A DNA stretch of 64,000 nucleotides. Origin: an uncultured Gemmatimonadales bacterium (GTDB lineage: Bacteria; Gemmatimonadota; Gemmatimonadetes; Longimicrobiales; Longimicrobiaceae). The position numbers and the translations under genes were made by a program. Under the pieces are notes generated by a model. That model worked only from the letters and a program-made list of their open reading frames with translations, searched no databases and was not told the origin of the DNA. The stretch lies in assembly GCA_963716255.1 (NCBI GenBank), contig OY970303.1, forward strand, positions 4,928,001 to 4,992,000. The letters run 5' to 3'. Of this stretch, positions 59,389 to 64,000 are shown in pieces (the first letter of the stretch is position 1; every line of letters begins with the position of its first letter).

Positions 59389-61899
59389 ATGAGACTGACT
59401 CGCGCAGAGGTCCGAAAAGTCGCGGAAGTGATCTTCACGGGAGCCGCCGTGGGCGGGCTCCTCCTGCTCGTCGCGCGCGACGCTGGGCGCGTCCGTGCGT
59501 TCGCCTGGAGCGTGCGGCCGGGATGGCTCCTGGCCGGGTCCGCGCTGGAAGTGGCGCTCCTGCTCTGGGGCGTTCACCTCTGGTCGCGGGTGCTCGCCTG
59601 CTTCGCGGGCCCCGCGCCCCGCTTCCGCGCCCTGCTGCGGGTGTGGTTCCGCTCCACGCTCGCCAAGTACCTCCCGGGGAGCATCTGGCCGCTGGTGACC
59701 ACGGCGGCGATGGCGTCGCGGGCCGGGGCGTGCCCGGTGGCGCTCCCCGCCTCGTTCGTGCTGCACGCCGCCTTCACGGTGCTCGGCGCCGGGGTGGTGG
59801 CCGCGGCGCTCGCCGCCCCGGGCCAGCTGGCGCGCAGCGGGGTGCCGGCCGCCGCGGCGCTCGCGGCCCTCCCCGCCGCGGCCCTCCTGGTGCACCCGGC
59901 CGTCCTGAACCGCCTGGTGGGCGCCGCGGCGCGGCTCGCCCGCCGGGAGGCGCCCCGCTGGGAGGGGCGCTGGCGCCACGGGGCGCTGTTCCTGGCGCTG
60001 TACGCGGCCACCTGGGTGGGGTACGGGGCGGCGTTCTCCCTGTTCGTGGGGGCGCTGGCCCCGGTCTCGCCCGGGGGGTGGGCGGGGCTGGCCGGGGTGA
60101 ATGCCCTCGCGTTCGTGGCCGGCTTCGTCGCGGTGTTCGCCCCGGGCGGGGTGGGGGTCCGGGAGGCGGCGCTCGCCCTCGCGCTCCCGCCCGTCCTGCC
60201 GTTCAGCGTGCGGGCGCTGATCGCCGCCACCTCGCGCCTCTGGCTGGTGGGGACGGAGGTTGCCGGGGGCGCCCTGGCCTACGCGCTCCCGGGCGGCGGC
60301 GCGGTCCCCGCCCCGCGCCCGACGGCGTCCTCGCGCCTGGCGGCCTCCCCGTGTTCGGCGCCCTCGCCGCCGCGGCCCGGCGGCACCGCCGGGGACGGGG
60401 TGGAGCTCCTCCCCGACAGCGCCACGGCGCTGGGCCGGGTGGCGGCGGCGTGCCGGCGCGCACGGCACTCCGTGTGGATCGCGCAGCTCGCCTTCGACGC
60501 GGACTGCCTCTGCGAGGCGGCGGCGGACGGCCGGGGCGGGGAGCTGCTGGCGGACGTGCTGGTGGAGGCCGCGCGCGAACCGCGCGGGGTCGAGGTCCGG
60601 GTCCTCCTCAACGGGAGCATCCTGATGAACACCGCGCCCGCGCTCCGCAGGTACTTCGCGGAGGCGGGGGCGGACCCGGAGCGCATCGTCGTGCGGGGGC
60701 TGGACGACTTTCCGCGGATCATGCACGCCAAGCTGGTGGTGGTGGACGGGACGGAGGCGTTCCTGGTGGGCTCCCCCTTCGTCAACGGCTACTGGGACGA
60801 CGGGCGCCACCGCGCCGCCGACCCCAACCGCACCGGGGACGACCTGGCGGGCAGGCCGATCCACGACGTGAGCGCGCGCGTCGAAGGGCCGGTGGTGGGG
60901 GAGCTGGCGGCGTGGTTCGCGGAGGTGTGGAACGCGGCGGTGTCCGGACCGGGGCCCGACCTCGCCGCGCCGGCCCCCGTTCCCGCGCCCGCCCGTCCCG
61001 GCGGCGGCGTCCGCGTCCTCCGCACCTTTCCGGCGGGCGTCCTCCCGGGCCGGCCGGACGGCGCCGAGGAGATCCTGGAGGGGTACCTGGAGGCGCTCGC
61101 CGGGGCGCGCTCGCTGGTCTACCTGGAGAACCAGTACTTCAGCGCCCGCCCGGTGCGGGAGGCGCTCTCGGCGGCGCTCGCGGACAACCCGGAATTGGAG
61201 GTGGTGCTCGTCCTCAACCAGAACCCCGACATCACCGCCTACCGGGCCTGGCAGAACCGGCGCCTCGCGGAGGGCGGGCTCCTGGAGCACCCGCGGGTGG
61301 GCGTGTTCGCGCTGTGGGCCGCGGCGCCCTCCCCCAGCGCGCCGGGAAGGACGGAGGTGACGCAGCTCTTCGTCCACAGCAAGGTGGGGGTGGTGGACGA
61401 CCGCTGGGCCACGACCGGGACGGCGAACCTGGACGGCGTCTCCCTTCACTCCTACGGCGACGACTTCTCGGGGTGGCCGGGGCGGCGGGTGTTCGCCGGG
61501 GTGCGCAACTTCGACCTGAACCTGGCGGTGGACGGCGGGGCGGGGGACGGCGTCGCCGCGGGCGTGCGCCGGGCGCTGTGGAGCCGGCACCTGGGGCTCC
61601 CGGAGGCGGAGCTGGCGGCGCGCCCGCCGGGCGGATGGCTTCCCGTGTGGCGGGCCGCCGCGGCGGAGAACGCGCGCCGCCTCGCCCGCGGCGAGGGGAT
61701 GGTGGGCCGCGTGCTCCCGTACACCACCGCCGCGCGCCCCGGCGCGCAGCTCCGGGCGCTGGGGATCGACCCGGTGCGCGCCGGGCTGGAGCTGCGCTTC
61801 GACCCGGGGTGGGTCGAAGTGCTGTGGAGCCCGGGGTGGCTGGCCAAGGTGGTGCCGGAGCCGGTGCGGCGCCGCTTCCGCCGCCAGCGCCCCGGATGA
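59389..61899 (+). CDS. Lysylphosphatidylglycerol-synthase-TM/flippase-like domain fused to phospholipase D
   Basis: LAKYLPGSIW and APGGVGVREAAL; two HKD motifs, MHAKLVVVD and VHSKVGVVD, plus YLENQYF. Confidence 0.85.
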   Translation: MRLTRAEVRKVAEVIFTGAAVGGLLLLVARDAGRVRAFAWSVRPGWLLAGSALEVALLLWGVHLWSRVLACFAGPAPRFRALLRVWFRSTLAKYLPGSIWPLVTTAAMASRAGACPVALPASFVLHAAFTVLGAGVVAAALAAPGQLARSGVPAAAALAALPAAALLVHPAVLNRLVGAAARLARREAPRWEGRWRHGALFLALYAATWVGYGAAFSLFVGALAPVSPGGWAGLAGVNALAFVAGFVAVFAPGGVGVREAALALALPPVLPFSVRALIAATSRLWLVGTEVAGGALAYALPGGGAVPAPRPTASSRLAASPCSAPSPPRPGGTAGDGVELLPDSATALGRVAAACRRARHSVWIAQLAFDADCLCEAAADGRGGELLADVLVEAAREPRGVEVRVLLNGSILMNTAPALRRYFAEAGADPERIVVRGLDDFPRIMHAKLVVVDGTEAFLVGSPFVNGYWDDGRHRAADPNRTGDDLAGRPIHDVSARVEGPVVGELAAWFAEVWNAAVSGPGPDLAAPAPVPAPARPGGGVRVLRTFPAGVLPGRPDGAEEILEGYLEALAGARSLVYLENQYFSARPVREALSAALADNPELEVVLVLNQNPDITAYRAWQNRRLAEGGLLEHPRVGVFALWAAAPSPSAPGRTEVTQLFVHSKVGVVDDRWATTGTANLDGVSLHSYGDDFSGWPGRRVFAGVRNFDLNLAVDGGAGDGVAAGVRRALWSRHLGLPEAELAARPPGGWLPVWRAAAAENARRLARGEGMVGRVLPYTTAARPGAQLRALGIDPVRAGLELRFDPGWVEVLWSPGWLAKVVPEPVRRRFRRQRPG

Positions 61900-62558
61900 G
61901 CCGGCGATCCCTCGCCGGGCGGATGCACACGGACTTCCGGGCCTTCGTGCAGGCGCAGGACTTCCCCTGCCTGGGCGCTCGCGCCGCCGTGCACCGCGGC
62001 CGCTACCTGTTCCGCGTCTACGGGGAGATGGGATCCCCGGCGGCGACCGCGGGGCTCGCCCGCGACCTCGCCCGCTTCGCCGCCGCTTCGGGCGAGGTGG
62101 AGTTCGCGGCCTTCGTGGCGGCGTTCCTGGAGCCCGGCCCCGAGGACGAGACGGCGTTCGAGGCGCGGCTCTGGGCGCAGCTGCAGCGGCTGAGCGACGC
62201 GGACCCGTCCCCCCGCTGGGCTCCCGGCGTGGGCGTGGACGCGGAGGCGGCGGACTTCGCCTTCAGCTTCGCGGCGACGCCCTTCTTCGTGGTGGGGCTG
62301 CACCCGGCCAGCTCGCGGCTGGCGCGGCGCTTCGGGTGGCCGGCGCTGGTCTTCAACCCGCACGCGCAGTTCGAGCAGCTGCGCGCCGACGGCCGCTTCG
62401 GACGGCTACGGGAGGCCATCCGGCGGCGCGACCTGGCGCTGCAGGGAAGCCTCAACCCCAACCTGGGCGACTTCGGCGAGTCGTCCGCCGCGCGGCAGTA
62501 CTCCGGCCGCGCCGTGGAGCCGTCGTGGCGCTGCCCCTTTCACCGGAGGACCGATTGA
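61896..62558 (+). CDS. YqcI/YcgG family (GntA/DcsA-like heme N-hydroxylase)
   Basis: FPCLGARAA, FAFSF...FFVVGLHPASSRLARRF...VFNPHAQFE, ARQYSGR...WRCPF. Confidence 0.85.
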   Translation: MSRRSLAGRMHTDFRAFVQAQDFPCLGARAAVHRGRYLFRVYGEMGSPAATAGLARDLARFAAASGEVEFAAFVAAFLEPGPEDETAFEARLWAQLQRLSDADPSPRWAPGVGVDAEAADFAFSFAATPFFVVGLHPASSRLARRFGWPALVFNPHAQFEQLRADGRFGRLREAIRRRDLALQGSLNPNLGDFGESSAARQYSGRAVEPSWRCPFHRRTD

Positions 62559-63172
62559 GGACCGTGCACGCCGTACACCTGGAGCCGCAGACCGGGACCG
62601 CCTTCGAGGTGCGCGCCGGCCAGCTCGTCCGCATCACGGACCCGCTGGGGGAGCAGGTCTCCGACCTGGTCAGCTTCGCGCGGGAGGACCGGGCGGAGTG
62701 GCTCTCCTCCGGGCGGACGATCGACTACGCGAACACCATCTACCTGACGGCCGGGCACACGCTCTACTCGAACCGCAGCCGCCCCATGTGGACGCTGGTG
62801 GAGGACACGGTGGGGCGGCACGACTTCCTGCTGACGCCGTGCTCGCCGGACACCTTCCGCATCATCTACGGGAACACCGATCCGCACCCCAGCTGCTTCG
62901 GCAACCTGGCGCGCCACCTGGCGCCCTTCGGGATCGCGCCGGACGCCATCCCCACCACCTTCAACGTGTTCATGAACGTGACGGTGGACGCGGACGGGGA
63001 GCTGGCGATCCGCCCGCCGCGCTCGCGCCCCGGCGACTACCTCCTGCTGCGCGCGGAGATGGACATGGTGGTGGGGGTGACGGCGTGCTCCGCGGAGCTT
63101 TCCAACAACGGCTCGTTCAAGCCGATCGACGTGGAGGTGCTGGAGGACGCGCCGGAGAGCGCGCCCGCGTGA
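62555..63172 (+). CDS. DUF1989 (urea carboxylase-associated) protein
   Basis: GEQVSDL, LSSGRTIDY, GRHDFLLTPC, SCFGNL, FNVFMNV, TACSA. Confidence 0.88.
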   Translation: MRTVHAVHLEPQTGTAFEVRAGQLVRITDPLGEQVSDLVSFAREDRAEWLSSGRTIDYANTIYLTAGHTLYSNRSRPMWTLVEDTVGRHDFLLTPCSPDTFRIIYGNTDPHPSCFGNLARHLAPFGIAPDAIPTTFNVFMNVTVDADGELAIRPPRSRPGDYLLLRAEMDMVVGVTACSAELSNNGSFKPIDVEVLEDAPESAPA

Positions 63173-64000
63173 CGCCGGCGCAGCTCGCGCACGGGCGTCG
63201 CCGCGCGCGCCAGCGTCGCGCCGCCGTAGCGCACGCCGCCGCCCAGCAGCCGCGCCCCCACCGCGAGCCAGGCGCACACCCCCCGCTCCAGGAGCCAGGC
63301 CGGCGCGAGCAGCGAGGCGGAGGCGGGGAAGACCCTCGCTCCGCCGTCCCGCCTGCGTCCGTACTCCGCCAGCGCGGCGACCCCCGCCGCCCCCGCCGCG
63401 AGCGCCCCCCAGTGCCGCTCGCCCGCCAGGGCGGCCACGGCGGGCAGCACGCCCAGCTGCAGGGCGAGCCGCCCCGGCCGCGCCCACTCGTCGTACGCCT
63501 GGCGGACCCGCTGCGAGCGGAAGTGCGCGAAGCTGCACGGCCGCCGCGGCACCATCACCCCCTGGGCCAGCCGCTCCCGCCCCCCCGCGGCGGCCACGGT
63601 GCGCACCAGCTCCAGGTTCTCGAAGAGCACCGCCCCGTCGTACCCGCCCGTGGCGAGCAGCGCCGAGCGGCGCACCGCCAGCGTCCCGGGCCAGTCGCCC
63701 CCGGTGGCGCGGTTCAGCAGGATGCGCCCCGTGTCCCAGCGCGCGTGCCAGGGGAGCGGATCGAAGTGGTTCTGCGGACGCACCACCTCCGCCCCGTCCA
63801 GCGCCGCCGCGACCGCCGCCAGCGAGCCGGCGTCGTAGCGCACGTCGTCGTCCGCCACCACCACCCGCTCGTGCGACGCGTGCCGCACGCCGGTGAGCAC
63901 CCCGCCCACCTTGCCGTTGGGTGTCGCCCGGCCCGCGTCCACCGGGAGGTGCCGCACGAAGCTCCCCCACGCCGCCGCGTGCGCCGCGAAGACGGCCGGC
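63037..64000 (-). CDS. GT-A glycosyltransferase (family 2/21-like), 5' end outside the window
   Basis: NGKVGGV, VVADDDVRY, LFENLEL, QRVRQAYDE. Confidence 0.8.
   Translation of the reverse strand, partial: PAVFAAHAAAWGSFVRHLPVDAGRATPNGKVGGVLTGVRHASHERVVVADDDVRYDAGSLAAVAAALDGAEVVRPQNHFDPLPWHARWDTGRILLNRATGGDWPGTLAVRRSALLATGGYDGAVLFENLELVRTVAAAGGRERLAQGVMVPRRPCSFAHFRSQRVRQAYDEWARPGRLALQLGVLPAVAALAGERHWGALAAGAAGVAALAEYGRRRDGGARVFPASASLLAPAWLLERGVCAWLAVGARLLGGGVRYGGATLARAATPVRELRRRHAGALSGASSSTSTSIGLNEPLLESSAEHAVTPTTMSISARSRR

Noticed and set aside
61860..62560. Guanidine riboswitch ahead of YqcI/DUF1989
   Set aside because: The genes overlap their upstream neighbours, leaving no leader, and I saw no riboswitch motif.

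Overview
A GC-rich bacterial window; the gene style suggests Gemmatimonadota/Longimicrobium-like, which is inference only. About 1-40 kb looks like an integrated defence island with three parts. (i) 4.2-11.8 kb, + strand: an ECF-like sigma factor, a putative anti-sigma/substrate protein, an ImmA/IrrE peptidase-UvrD helicase-4Cys fusion, then a ubiquitin-like protein (Ubl), an E2 with no Cys, and a JAB-E1(ThiF) fusion. The same bipartite motif, CGCACAT-N13-TCCGTT, occurs three times: at the sigma gene, before the Ubl gene and before a small downstream ORF. This is the best candidate for an undescribed system: a sigma-switched bacterial ubiquitination module whose Ubl ends in Ser rather than Gly. 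(ii) 11.8-28.5 kb, - strand: RhuM, a DUF4365-APAZ + short Argonaute pair (SPARDA-type), TerB-N/TerB/TerB-C + DUF2791 ATPase + Lhr helicase, a YhaO/YhaN (SbcCD-like) pair and an uncharacterised HRLxxGHD protein. (iii) 28.7-39.9 kb: a tyrosine recombinase, an excisionase-like gene, a large serine recombinase split over two coupled ORFs, XRE regulators, a second ECF sigma, a PD-(D/E)XK nuclease and a TPR protein, ending at a 5'-truncated MFS gene flanked by 21-bp direct repeats. From 40.7-64 kb there is a HEPN protein, a decayed thiol-redox cluster, an ArsR + Czc/Cus RND metal-efflux operon, a sigma54 two-component system with Rieske proteins, a flippase-phospholipase D fusion, YqcI/YcgG + DUF1989 and a glycosyltransferase. 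I saw no rRNA, tRNA or CRISPR array. All family calls come from reading motifs by eye; no database searches were run.
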